A stretch of DNA of 64,000 bases from Candidatus Krumholzibacteriia bacterium (lineage in GTDB: Bacteria > Krumholzibacteriota > Krumholzibacteriia > LZORAL124-64-63), in assembly GCA_050174015.1 (NCBI GenBank), contig JBFXKG010000005.1, positions 163,928 to 227,927 of the forward strand. Direction: 5' to 3'. The notes under the pieces were generated by a model. It was not told where the DNA came from. It searched no databases and was given only the letters and a program-made list of their open reading frames with translations. The translations under genes were made by a program, and so were the position numbers. The first letter of the stretch is position 1. Each line of letters begins with the position of its first letter. Shown here piece by piece: positions 51,320-62,587 of the stretch.

Positions 51320-54300
51320 TCATTCCTGCGCCAGGAAACGGTCCACCAGGCGGTGGACCGTTTCCATGTCCAGCAGCCCGCTGCGGATCTCCTCGCCGGC
51401 ACCTTCCAGCACCGCCCCGAGCAGGGCGTCCCGTTCGAGTGGGCGGCGAGAGTCCAGGTATCCTGCCGATTCCAGCTCATCCTGCAACTGGTCGACGTTG
51501 GCCTTCTGGAATCGGGGGACTTCACCGCCCCGCAACCCGGCGAGCAGGGCGGCGCCGTCGCCATCGACCTTGGCCAGCAGGTCCGCCACCCGGTCCAGGA
51601 AGCGGTCCGAGACGGCGGAGGATTCCTCGAGCAAGGCGAGGGGGACCCGGGGAGGACGCCCGACGGCCCACGCCCCGTGGAACCGGCGCCAGACCTTGAT
51701 GCGTGCCTCGAGGGCGGTTGCCCGGTCATCGTCGAGGATGCCTGCCGCCAGGAGGCCTTCGCGGGCGGACTCCCAGCGGCCCACGGTGGCGCACCCCGCC
51801 AGCAGGAGGACGTGAAGCCGGTCCAGGTGGTCGGTCAGGATATAGAACAGGGGGAGGGCCCCGGGATCGCCGCGGAGATCGACCCGCGGCACCCGGAGCC
51901 GTTCGCCGTACTCCGAGGCGGTCAGGCCCCTCGGTTCGGGGGGCGTGCGTCCGGGGGCGTCCATGGCCCGCAGGATATGAGGACCGGCCGATTCGGCGCG
52001 CCCACGGATGGCGGCCAGGTCGATGAGGCGTGGCGCGTCCAGGCCTTCGGCCTGCATGATCCCGCTCCAGGCCTCGGCCTCACCGGGACGGGGGCACAGG
52101 TAGAAGACCTGGCGGTCGCCCCCGGCGCACAGCCTGCCGAGGGCGACGGCGATGGCGCGAAAGCGGACGGGGTCGCTCGATCCCAGCGTATCGTCGAGGA
52201 CGAGAGGCGGCCTGGCGTGGCTGCCGAGGGAGCCGAGGAACCCCAGTCTCACGGCCAGGATGAGCTGGACCCTGGTGCCGGCGGAAAGCTGGGCGGGAGA
52301 AAGGTGCGTCCCGGTGTCCAGCCGGACGGCCGTGAAGGCCGGATCCTCGTTTCCGGTCTCGAGAAGCGCCAGACCGTAGGCCAGGCCGGTGAAGGACCTC
52401 AGGTAGCGGTCGGCCTGCTCGAGGGCGACCGGCCGCGTCTTCTGCCGGTGGTCACCCCTGGCGCGGTCGAGCATCAGCCGGCCGCACTGGTTCAGCAGCT
52501 GCACGTCCAGGATGTCCAGGAGGTCATCCTTGGCCCTTTCCCTGGCGGCCAGGGCCTCCTGCAGCTCGTGCCCCCGGCGGGCCAGCTCCAGGGACTTCCT
52601 GATGGAACCGATCCGCTCGGAGATCCCGGCGAACCCGTCCGCCAGTTCCCGTTCCCGCTCGATCCTCGCCGACAGGGCGGCCGGGTCGAGGGCGGTGGGA
52701 TCCTCCCCGGGGAACAGGTCCCGTCCCCGCTCGATTTCCCCGTCAAGGTCGGCGATCACGGTCTCCAGGTTCAGCAGGGTGCTGGCCAGCTGCTTCCGTC
52801 GGGGGAGCTGGGATGCGAACCGGTGGACTTCCCGGGCGGGATCGGGGTCGTCCTGCAGGCGGAGGCGCGAAAGCAGGGCGTCGATCTCCTGTTCGCGGCG
52901 GGCGAGCCCGGCGGCGCAGTCCGCCAGCCTGGCGGACCATTCGCCCCGCTTCTCCACCAGGGCCTGTCGGCGCTCCCATTCCCGGGTGAGGGCGGTGAGG
53001 GTGGATTCGACCTCCGCGACGGTCTGACAGGCCGCGGCGCCCAGGGGGGCGAGCCGGGCGTTGATCTCCGCGAGCAAGTCCACCCGGCGGGATTCCAGTC
53101 CCTCGCACTCGGCCAGGCTGCGGTCGGCGTCCGCACGGGCCCGCCGCGCCTCGAGGGCGGCCTGGAGGACCAGGGGCAGGGCGGGGTCGGCGTCTTCCGC
53201 GGCCAGGCCCAGCCGCTCGCACGCGGTCGTGTACCTCCGCCGCGCTTCCTGCTCGGCGATCTCGGCGGCATGCCTGGCGGCGTCGAAGAGCTCCCGGTTC
53301 CGGCGCCGTGACGCGCGCCCCTGGGCCCGCAGCGCCAGACCGCCGCCCAGAAGGGAGAGTCCGAGGACGATCCCGGCCAGGCCGGCCTCGCGCAGGCCGA
53401 ATCCCAGCAGGGCGGCGGCGCCGAGCACGAGAGCGCCCATCCCGCAGGCCATGAAGATCCGGTCGGCGCCGGTCCCGGGATTCCCGTCATCCACTGCCGT
53501 CGGGTCGAGGGCGGCCAGCGAGCGCCGGTGCTGGATCAGATCTCCGGTATGCTGGACGAGGGCCCGGATGGCCTCGGCGTCGATGGCCTCCCAGCGTCCC
53601 GGGGGGATCGCCCCGCCGGGCAGGTCCCGTCCCGCCTCCTCGAGCCGGGCGAGCGTCTGGTTCCTCTGGCTCGCGGCCTGGTCGAACTTGCCGCCCAGTT
53701 CCCGCAGGGTCCTGGCATCGTTCCGGATCGGCTCAAGGACCGGCAGGGGGTCCTCGGTGAGGCGGCACGCGGCGAGGTCCGCTTCCACCTGCGCCAGCTC
53801 CTGCCGCAACCCTTCCCTTTCCTGCAGCCGGGCCGCCACGTCGGTGCGGAACCGGTCCAGGTCCTCGGGATCGCCGGGACGGACGAACTCGACCCCGGCC
53901 GGGATGGTCTGGAGCTCCCGGCGCGCCAGCTCGGCCTCCGCGGCCCTTTCCAGGCGCTTCTGGACCTGCTCCAGCAGGGTGAGCCGGGTCCGGGCGCGCA
54001 GGGCCGCCTCCCGGTCCGCCGTCAGCTCGCCGAGCGCCGATTCCTCGTCCAGCAGGCCGCGGTGGGCGGCGACGATCCGGGCGATCCGGGCATCGGCCTG
54101 GCGAAATTCATCCTGCTTCCCCCGGGTCGCCGTTCCCCGTCCGCCGAAGAGCTGGTCCCGGAGCCTGACCAGGTTGACGCCGCCGCCGAGTTCCTTCATC
54201 AGGTCCTCGGCCAGACGCACGTCGTCTTCGTGGAGAAGGATCGGCATCAGGTCCAGCACGTCCAGATGGTGGCAGGCGGCCAGGCTTTCCGGCGGCAGGT

Positions 54301-54583
54301 CGGGGGCCGGGACAGCCCGCCCCTCGCGGGTCCAGGACACATCTCCGACGCCCCGGTACCCGGCCCGCAGGACGTGGGTCCCGACCTGGAAGTCCGCGTG
54401 CACGGCCAGGTCGGTCGAAGGCTGGCCCCGCCGCGGCCACAGCAGGAAGTGAAGGGCGCGGGCGAACGAGCTCTTGCCGATCCCGTTGGGGCCGACCACG
54501 AGGTTCAGGCCTGGTCCGGCGGCGAATCCGAAGGGGGTCGGGATGCCCGGCAGGCGATCGGACCGGAATTCAAGCAGGCGCAT
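51320..54583 (-). CDS. SMC/Rad50-like ATPase (YhaN/AAA_27-like) with a central TM hairpin
   Basis: GPNGIGKS Walker A, coiled coils, QLSAGT signature, LVLDD Walker B. Confidence 0.85.
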   Translation of the reverse strand: MRLLEFRSDRLPGIPTPFGFAAGPGLNLVVGPNGIGKSSFARALHFLLWPRRGQPSTDLAVHADFQVGTHVLRAGYRGVGDVSWTREGRAVPAPDLPPESLAACHHLDVLDLMPILLHEDDVRLAEDLMKELGGGVNLVRLRDQLFGGRGTATRGKQDEFRQADARIARIVAAHRGLLDEESALGELTADREAALRARTRLTLLEQVQKRLERAAEAELARRELQTIPAGVEFVRPGDPEDLDRFRTDVAARLQEREGLRQELAQVEADLAACRLTEDPLPVLEPIRNDARTLRELGGKFDQAASQRNQTLARLEEAGRDLPGGAIPPGRWEAIDAEAIRALVQHTGDLIQHRRSLAALDPTAVDDGNPGTGADRIFMACGMGALVLGAAALLGFGLREAGLAGIVLGLSLLGGGLALRAQGRASRRRNRELFDAARHAAEIAEQEARRRYTTACERLGLAAEDADPALPLVLQAALEARRARADADRSLAECEGLESRRVDLLAEINARLAPLGAAACQTVAEVESTLTALTREWERRQALVEKRGEWSARLADCAAGLARREQEIDALLSRLRLQDDPDPAREVHRFASQLPRRKQLASTLLNLETVIADLDGEIERGRDLFPGEDPTALDPAALSARIERERELADGFAGISERIGSIRKSLELARRGHELQEALAARERAKDDLLDILDVQLLNQCGRLMLDRARGDHRQKTRPVALEQADRYLRSFTGLAYGLALLETGNEDPAFTAVRLDTGTHLSPAQLSAGTRVQLILAVRLGFLGSLGSHARPPLVLDDTLGSSDPVRFRAIAVALGRLCAGGDRQVFYLCPRPGEAEAWSGIMQAEGLDAPRLIDLAAIRGRAESAGPHILRAMDAPGRTPPEPRGLTASEYGERLRVPRVDLRGDPGALPLFYILTDHLDRLHVLLLAGCATVGRWESAREGLLAAGILDDDRATALEARIKVWRRFHGAWAVGRPPRVPLALLEESSAVSDRFLDRVADLLAKVDGDGAALLAGLRGGEVPRFQKANVDQLQDELESAGYLDSRRPLERDALLGAVLEGAGEEIRSGLLDMETVHRLVDRFLAQE

Positions 54584-55925
54584 CGTCGCCCCTCCTTCCG
54601 GACATGATCGCGTCGAGGGCCCTGCGGCCGGCTTCGGCCAGCTTCAACCGCAGGGTCGCCCTGACCTCTTCCCTTCCCTCCGGCTCGAGGCCGACCTGGC
54701 GGAAGGCCCCTTGCCTGACGATGGCTTTCCAGCGTTCCTCCGCCTCGTCCAGCAGGGATGCGGCGAGCCGGTCGGAATCCGGGACCAGCGCGGCCGCGGC
54801 TCGGGGATCCTCCAGGACCAGGACCTGCCGGGCCAGCAAGCCGACCGGATCGTCGCTCCTGGCCAGGGCGGCCAGGTCGTAGGCCGCGGTCACGGCGCAC
54901 TCGACCCTGTCGGCGAAGAGGGAGACAGGCCCGTGGACGGCCACGAGTTCCTGGCTTTCCAGCTTCTCGACGGCCAGGCTCTGGGCGTGGGGATCGTGGC
55001 TGGTCCCGGTCAGCCGGATGCGGAATCCGAGGGCGCGCAGGGGCCCCGGATCCGCAGTCTGTCCGCGGGCGTGCTCCACCATGGCGCCCAGGACGGTGGC
55101 GGCCGTGTCGGAGGGATCCCGGCTGCAGGAGACGTCGAGGTGGGCCCAGCGGAGGGGAGCCAGCGGAATCCTCTCCCGCGAGATCGAGCCGTCCGGGCCG
55201 ACCTCGACGAGCATGGGGCCGTGCACCCCGGTTTCACTGGGGTCGAGCGGGGAGGCGGATCCCAGGTAGAAGGGGGTCCCGTCGGCGGTCGGGGGATCGG
55301 GGCGGTGGACGTGGCCGAGAAACCAGGCCTGGTAGCCCACGGCCCTGAGATCGCCGGGTGTCACCGGCGCGTAGCGGCTCGTCCCGCCCGCAAGATCGGC
55401 ATGCAACAGGCCCAAGGTCGTCACGCCCGGGAGCGGGGCGGGAGGCCGCGTCTCCAGGGGGCTCCGGTCCCAGTGATCCCGGGGGAACGACCAGCCGACC
55501 AGGCGCACCGAGGGCCTGCCCTCGGGGGAGACGACATGCTCGGACCAGGTGCCCTTGGGCCCCAGCAGATGGAAACCCCGGGCGAGGACCCTGGCCAGCC
55601 TGGGCAGGGTCTGGGTGTCGTGGTTGCCGGCGACCGCACACACCTCGAGGCCGGCCGCGATCAGGTCGCCGATACCCTTTTCCAGGGGGCCGTAAGCCTC
55701 GAAGAGGGCGTTGTCCCCGTCCACCACGTCCCCGGCCAGGGCGACCGCGTGGATCCCGTGGTCGGAGTCGCATGCCCAGCGGACGATGCCATTCCAGGCG
55801 GCCTCGGGCCCGAGGGTGCGGGCGTCCAGGCCGACGGGGGCATGGGCAGGCAGCCGGCCCAGATGCAGATCGCCGACGAACAGGATGCGGGTGGATGCGG
55901 TCGGGGGCAAGATCGGGTTCTCCAT
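54570..55925 (-). CDS. Mre11/SbcD-like metallophosphoesterase nuclease (YhaO-like)
   Basis: GDLHLG, AGDVVD, AGNHD, LLHAD, LGHVH. Confidence 0.9.
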   Translation of the reverse strand: MENPILPPTASTRILFVGDLHLGRLPAHAPVGLDARTLGPEAAWNGIVRWACDSDHGIHAVALAGDVVDGDNALFEAYGPLEKGIGDLIAAGLEVCAVAGNHDTQTLPRLARVLARGFHLLGPKGTWSEHVVSPEGRPSVRLVGWSFPRDHWDRSPLETRPPAPLPGVTTLGLLHADLAGGTSRYAPVTPGDLRAVGYQAWFLGHVHRPDPPTADGTPFYLGSASPLDPSETGVHGPMLVEVGPDGSISRERIPLAPLRWAHLDVSCSRDPSDTAATVLGAMVEHARGQTADPGPLRALGFRIRLTGTSHDPHAQSLAVEKLESQELVAVHGPVSLFADRVECAVTAAYDLAALARSDDPVGLLARQVLVLEDPRAAAALVPDSDRLAASLLDEAEERWKAIVRQGAFRQVGLEPEGREEVRATLRLKLAEAGRRALDAIMSGRRGDDAPA

Positions 55926-55980
55926 TGCTGATCACCGGTGGCGGGGGTCAGTATGGAGCAGGGGAGCGGTCCTGTCCAGA

Positions 55981-56871
55981 TCAGGCTGGCACGGGCTCCA
56001 GGAGCTTGAGGATCTCCATGGCCTGCAGGATCTCCTCGGTCACCGCCGGCAGGAACCGGCGGCACTCGTCCAGGGTGGTGCCCAGGGTCCTGAGGGCCAA
56101 CGGATCGCATTCCTTGGGAGGCCAGGCGCCGGGTGCCCCGTAATCCAGCTCGTAGGACAGGAAATCCGCCACGTGGACCAGGGCGGTCAGGTGGGGCGCC
56201 CTCGTGGCGGTGGACGGGTCATGGTGGTGCTGGACGGCCTCGACCACGCCGGGAGGGAACTGCCATTCCCGGAACACCGTCTTGCCGATTCCCGCGTGGT
56301 TGGTCTGGAAGAGGGCCTTCTCGCAGTCGTACCAGGAAAGGTGCAGCTCCTGGGCGGCCTTGCAGACCTCGTCGAAGTCCGCGCTGAAGTACTGCTTCTC
56401 GATGAGCTTGCCCACGTCGTGGAGCAGGCCCACCACGAAGGCTTCCTCGGCCTGGTTGATGTTCAGCCTGGGGGCCAGGGCCTTGCAGATGCTGGCCGTG
56501 GCGATGCTGTGCTCCCAGAACTTCCTCAACTGGCAGGTCTGGCCGTCCTCTTCCTTGAAGAAGTCGAAAACGCTGGTCGCCAGGGCGGCGCTGCGCACGG
56601 CCTGGAACCCCAGGATCACCACGGCGCGGCTGATCGTGTTGATCTGCCTGGCGTAACCGTAGAAGGCGGAGTTGACCAGGTGCAGCACCTTGGCGGCAAG
56701 GGCCTGGTCCTGCGTGATGATCTCCGCGATGGCCGGCACCGAGACGTCGGGATCCTGCATCTTGCGGAACAGTTCCTGGTAGATCACCGGCAGGGTGGGT
56801 ATGTCCTTGATGACACCCTTGAGCTCCCGCGGATGCAGGTCCATCAGGGATTTCGAAAAGGATCCGGCCAC
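55981..56871 (-). CDS. HDOD domain protein
   Basis: IPTLP, DQALAAKVLHLVNSAFYG, FWEHS, GLLHDVGK, HHH. Start GTG 56871 or ATG 56844. Confidence 0.92.
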   Translation of the reverse strand: MAGSFSKSLMDLHPRELKGVIKDIPTLPVIYQELFRKMQDPDVSVPAIAEIITQDQALAAKVLHLVNSAFYGYARQINTISRAVVILGFQAVRSAALATSVFDFFKEEDGQTCQLRKFWEHSIATASICKALAPRLNINQAEEAFVVGLLHDVGKLIEKQYFSADFDEVCKAAQELHLSWYDCEKALFQTNHAGIGKTVFREWQFPPGVVEAVQHHHDPSTATRAPHLTALVHVADFLSYELDYGAPGAWPPKECDPLALRTLGTTLDECRRFLPAVTEEILQAMEILKLLEPVPA

Positions 56872-56914
56872 AGCGGCTCCCGGGATGGGGGTTCTGCTCC
56901 TCCAATCCCCCACC

Positions 56915-56941
56915 CTATCGTCCAGCATCCCCATGGGTTTA
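56915..56941 (-). promoter_or_regulatory. Sigma28-like promoter of the HDOD gene
   Basis: TAAA-N15-GACGATAG. Confidence 0.55.
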
Positions 56942-56951
56942 AAGAAAACTG

Positions 56952-58004
56952 CTAGTGGAAGATCAGGAAGGGATCCCCCGGGACCCGGGTCCGGACCCGG
57001 CCGATGACGGCCGTGGCGAGGGCTCCATCCTGCTCCAGGACGGCCACCAGGTCGCCCGACCGGTCGGCGGGGATGGAGATCAGAAGCCCGCCGCTGGTCT
57101 GGGGATCGTTGAGAAGACCGATCACGTCCGGACCGATTCCGTCGGCGTACCTAATCCGGTCCCCGGTGAACCGGTTGTTGGAGTTGGTGCCTCCGCAGGT
57201 GAAGCCCATGCCGCAGAGTTCCACGGCCCTCGGCAGGAGCGGCAGGTCCGCGCAGGCGATCTCGAGGGAGACCCCGGACCCGAGGGCCATCTCCAGGGCG
57301 TGGCCGGTCAGGCCGAAGCCGGTGACGTCGGTGCAGGCGGTGGCGCCGGCGTCCCGGAGGCGCAGGCCGCTGCGGTTCAGGGTGGTCATGCAGGCCACCA
57401 GGGCCTCGAATTCAGCGCCGTCGAGTTTTCCCGCCCTCATGGCGGCCACCAGGGCTCCGGTGCCCAGGGGTTTGGTCAGGACCAGGACGTCGCCGGGCCT
57501 GGCGGTGCTGTTGCGCAGGATGCGGTCCGGATGCACGGTCCCCGTCACGCTCAGGCCGAACTTGACCTCGTCGTCGCGGACGGAGTGGCCGCCCCCCACG
57601 CTGCAACCGGCCTCGGCGCAGACCTCGGCCGCACCGGCGAGGATCTCGCCCAGGACCGGGTTGGGAACCCCGGCGGGGGGATAGCCGAGCAGGTTGAGGG
57701 CCACCAGGGGGGTTCCCCCCATGGCGTACACGTCGCTGAGGGAATTGGCGGCGGCGATCCGGCCGAAGGTGAAAGGGTCATCGACGACGGGAGTGATGAA
57801 GTCGGCCGTGCACACCAGGGCCCGCTCGGAGTCCAGACGATAGACGGCGGCGTCGTCCGCGGTCTCGAATCCCACCAGCAGGTCGGGACTCGAGGCGGCC
57901 TTGATGGAGGCGACGATGTCCGCCAAGTCCCCCGGACTCAGCTTGGCCGCTCAGCCGGCGCTCTTGGCGAAGCGGGTCAAGGCGATGCGCTCGTTCAGGG
58001 ACAT
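56952..58004 (-). CDS. selD: Selenide, water dikinase with in-frame UGA (Sec18)
   Basis: ATG 58004 with AAGGAGGT RBS: MSLNERIALTRFAKSAG-TGA(57953-57951)-AAKLSP; DDAAVY, DFITP, NSLSDVYAMGG, DVTGFGL, DPQTSGGLL. Confidence 0.93.
57922..57947 (-). promoter_or_regulatory. Putative bacterial SECIS hairpin
   Basis: GCCA-agctg-AGTCC-GGG-GGACT-TGGC; G-rich apical loop about 17 nt after the UGA. Confidence 0.65.
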
Positions 58005-58040
58005 GGTCACCTCCTTCCCGGAAACGGCAGGCTGGACGGG

Positions 58041-59768
<1,728 letters not shown>

Positions 59769-59972
59769 GAGCGGATCGACCTTTCTTGCGGACGGAGTTC
59801 GCCACGGACGGGAATTCGGGTCCCGGCTAAGCTAATGTGCCACGCTCCGGATGTCTACCATCCGGGGGGCGGGCCCGGCCGGACCGGACTTTTTGACTGT
59901 ACTCCCTCCGATTCCGGTATTATAAGACAATTGAAATCCTTTTTGTGGGGGTTCGATCCGTTGAAAATGAAA

Positions 59973-60821
59973 ATGTCCGTCCACTCCGTGCTGCTGGGAA
60001 CGCTTTCCCTGGCCGTGGCCGCCCTGGTCCTGTCGGTCCTGGTCCAGGGGTGGGATTACTATGCGACGCCTTTCGCCGAGCGGCCTCACCACGAGGGGTT
60101 CCGGGTTTTCCGGTCCGCAGGAGACGTCGGCCACGGCCTGGGCATCCTCGGCAGCGCCATGGTCCTGCTGTTGCTGCTCTATTCGGTGCGGAAGCGCCAT
60201 CGCCGCCTGCGCAACCTGGGCCCCCTGCGGACCTGGCTGCGCTACCACATCTTCCTGGGGGTGGCGGGCCCCGTCCTGATCACCCTCCATACCGCCTTCA
60301 AGGTGGAGGGGCTGGTCGCGGTCAGCTATTACTCCATGGCGGCGGTGGCGCTCAGCGGCGTCTTCGGCCGCTACCTCTACCAGCAGATCCCCCGCAACGT
60401 CCTGGGCGAGGCGCTTTCCGAGCAGGCCATCGAGGACGGCCGGGAGGAACTGCTCGTCCGGCTTTCGGAACGGTTCGGGATGGACCAGGCCGCCGCCGAC
60501 GCCCTCGACCGGATCGCCCTGGACCGTCTGGGGGCCAGGTCGACCGTGGCGACCCTCCTGGTCCTGCCGGTGGTCAACCTGGGGCTGGCCCGCAGATTGC
60601 ATAGCTGGGCGATGGGAATTGATGGACAAAGACCCGATGACGTGGTGGACCTGGCCCGGCGGTGGGTCCTGCTGACCCGCAGGCTCCACCTCTTCCGCCA
60701 GATCAACGACCTGTTCCATTACTGGCACGTATTCCATAAGCCGTTTGCGATCATCATGATCCTGGTGATGATCATCCATGTCGCCGTTGCGGTGACCCTG
60801 GGCTATACCTGGATCGTCTGA
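59973..60821 (+). CDS. His-rich polytopic membrane protein heading the cytochrome operon (putative cytochrome b-like)
   Basis: About 5 TMs; GHGLG, WLRYHIFLG, ITLHT, SGVFGRYLY, FHYWHVFHKP, IIHV. Start 59961, 59967 or 59973. Confidence 0.75.
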   Translation: MSVHSVLLGTLSLAVAALVLSVLVQGWDYYATPFAERPHHEGFRVFRSAGDVGHGLGILGSAMVLLLLLYSVRKRHRRLRNLGPLRTWLRYHIFLGVAGPVLITLHTAFKVEGLVAVSYYSMAAVALSGVFGRYLYQQIPRNVLGEALSEQAIEDGREELLVRLSERFGMDQAAADALDRIALDRLGARSTVATLLVLPVVNLGLARRLHSWAMGIDGQRPDDVVDLARRWVLLTRRLHLFRQINDLFHYWHVFHKPFAIIMILVMIIHVAVAVTLGYTWIV

Positions 60822-60847
60822 GGACACGTGGGGGGCGGAGGGTTCCT

Positions 60848-62587
60848 TTGATTCGTAGAAGACACGGCCCGGCCGGCCGATTCCAATGCAGGACGCCATC
60901 GTCCTTTTTCGTGTCGATCTGCATGGCGCTCGCTCTGGGCCTCAGCCCGGGAATCGCCACGGCCCAGCTGTCGCCGGGGAAGCTGAGCCGGCCCCATGCG
61001 CACCTCGAGGGCATCCGCAACTGCAACGAATGCCACAGTCTGGGGGATCGCCAGGTCCAGCCCCAGTGCCTGAAGTGCCATGCGGAGATCCAGGCCATGC
61101 GCGACGAGGGGAAGGGCTTGCATTCCCTGGAGGATTTCCAGGATTGCGTGGATTGCCACGTCGAGCACAACGGCGAGGACTACGACCTGCTCTACTGGCC
61201 CCTGGGCAAGGACGGGTTCGCCCACCAGGACGTGGGGTTCAAGCTCGAGGGCCGCCACGCCCGCCTGGACTGCCGCCAGTGCCACACCGTCAAGTACGTC
61301 CAGGATCCCGGCCGGCTGCGGGCCATGGGCAAGGACCTGGGGCGCACCTATCTGGGACTGGATACCGCCTGCACCGCCTGCCACCAGGATCGCCACCAGG
61401 GCCAGTTGCCGGCCGATTGCGCCGCCTGTCACGGCCAGGAGACCTTCAAGGATCCTCCCGGATTCGACCATGGCAGGACGGCGTTCGCCCTGACGGGCAA
61501 GCACGTGGGAACCGAGTGCGCCAAGTGCCACCGGCCCGAGTCCATCCTGGCGGGCGCCGATCCCACGCCCCGCTACAAGCCGATCGACCATGCCACCTGC
61601 ATTTCCTGCCACAAGGACGCCCACGCCGGCGCCCTGGGCCCTTCCTGCACCGATTGCCACACCACCGAGGGCTGGCGCAGGATCAGCGGCGGATCCTTCG
61701 ACCACGACCGCACCAGGTACCCCCTGCGGGGACGCCATGCCGGTCTGGAATGCTCGCGGTGCCACGGGGTGGCAGAGGGCCGGGCCAGACCGGCCTTCGC
61801 CCGGTGTTCCGATTGCCACAGGGACGAGCATGCGGGTGAAGCGAGAGGCCGGCCGCAGTGGCTCCAGTGCGAGGGATGCCACACGGTGGAGGGGTTCCGG
61901 CCCGCGGGATACGTCCTGGAACGCCACGGCCAGGGCTCTTTCGCTCTGCGCGGCGCCCACCTGGCCGTTCCCTGCGGAGCCTGCCACCGCCCCGAGCAGG
62001 ACGGCCAGGCGGTCCTGGATCTCGCTCCGGATCACCGGAGCTGCGGTTCCTGCCATGGGAATCCCCACGGGGAGGCGGTTTCCGATCCTGTCCGGGGCAG
62101 CGGCCGGCTGGAGTGCGCCCAGTGCCACACCGAATCGTCCTGGCGGGCTACAGCCGCGGCGGGCGGGTTCGACCATGACCGCACGGCGTTTCCCCTGGAG
62201 GGCCGCCACCGGCAGGCCGCCTGCCGGCAATGCCATCCCCCGATCGAGGGCCAGGCCGGCCGCCTGGTCTTCAAGGGTGCGCCCCGGGTCTGCCGCGAGT
62301 GCCACCCCGACCCCCATCAGGGCCAGTTCGCGGGCAAGTGGGACGATGCCGCCGGCGGTGTCGATTGCGCCCGCTGCCACGTCAACCAGGACTGGTTGGC
62401 CGAGAAGTTCGACCACGAGCGGGATTCGCGGTTCCCCCTGCGGGGCGGCCACGAACGGACCCCGTGCCGCGCCTGTCACCAGGCTGAAGAGACCCCCGCC
62501 GGGACCATGGTGCGCTTCAAGCCACTGCCGGTGACCTGCGCCGAATGCCATGCGGGCGATCCCGCTCCCCGAAGGATGGAACCATGA
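60848..62587 (+). CDS. Exported multiheme c-type cytochrome, 20 CxxCH
   Basis: Signal-like N-terminus, SPGKLSRPH, 20 CxxCH counted, repeated FDH..T.F.L.G.H; TTG start with GGAGG RBS. Confidence 0.92.
   Translation: MIRRRHGPAGRFQCRTPSSFFVSICMALALGLSPGIATAQLSPGKLSRPHAHLEGIRNCNECHSLGDRQVQPQCLKCHAEIQAMRDEGKGLHSLEDFQDCVDCHVEHNGEDYDLLYWPLGKDGFAHQDVGFKLEGRHARLDCRQCHTVKYVQDPGRLRAMGKDLGRTYLGLDTACTACHQDRHQGQLPADCAACHGQETFKDPPGFDHGRTAFALTGKHVGTECAKCHRPESILAGADPTPRYKPIDHATCISCHKDAHAGALGPSCTDCHTTEGWRRISGGSFDHDRTRYPLRGRHAGLECSRCHGVAEGRARPAFARCSDCHRDEHAGEARGRPQWLQCEGCHTVEGFRPAGYVLERHGQGSFALRGAHLAVPCGACHRPEQDGQAVLDLAPDHRSCGSCHGNPHGEAVSDPVRGSGRLECAQCHTESSWRATAAAGGFDHDRTAFPLEGRHRQAACRQCHPPIEGQAGRLVFKGAPRVCRECHPDPHQGQFAGKWDDAAGGVDCARCHVNQDWLAEKFDHERDSRFPLRGGHERTPCRACHQAEETPAGTMVRFKPLPVTCAECHAGDPAPRRMEP

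Noticed and set aside
57951..57953. selD as a pseudogene
   Set aside because: The TGA sits exactly at the catalytic Cys/Sec position with a SECIS-like hairpin.
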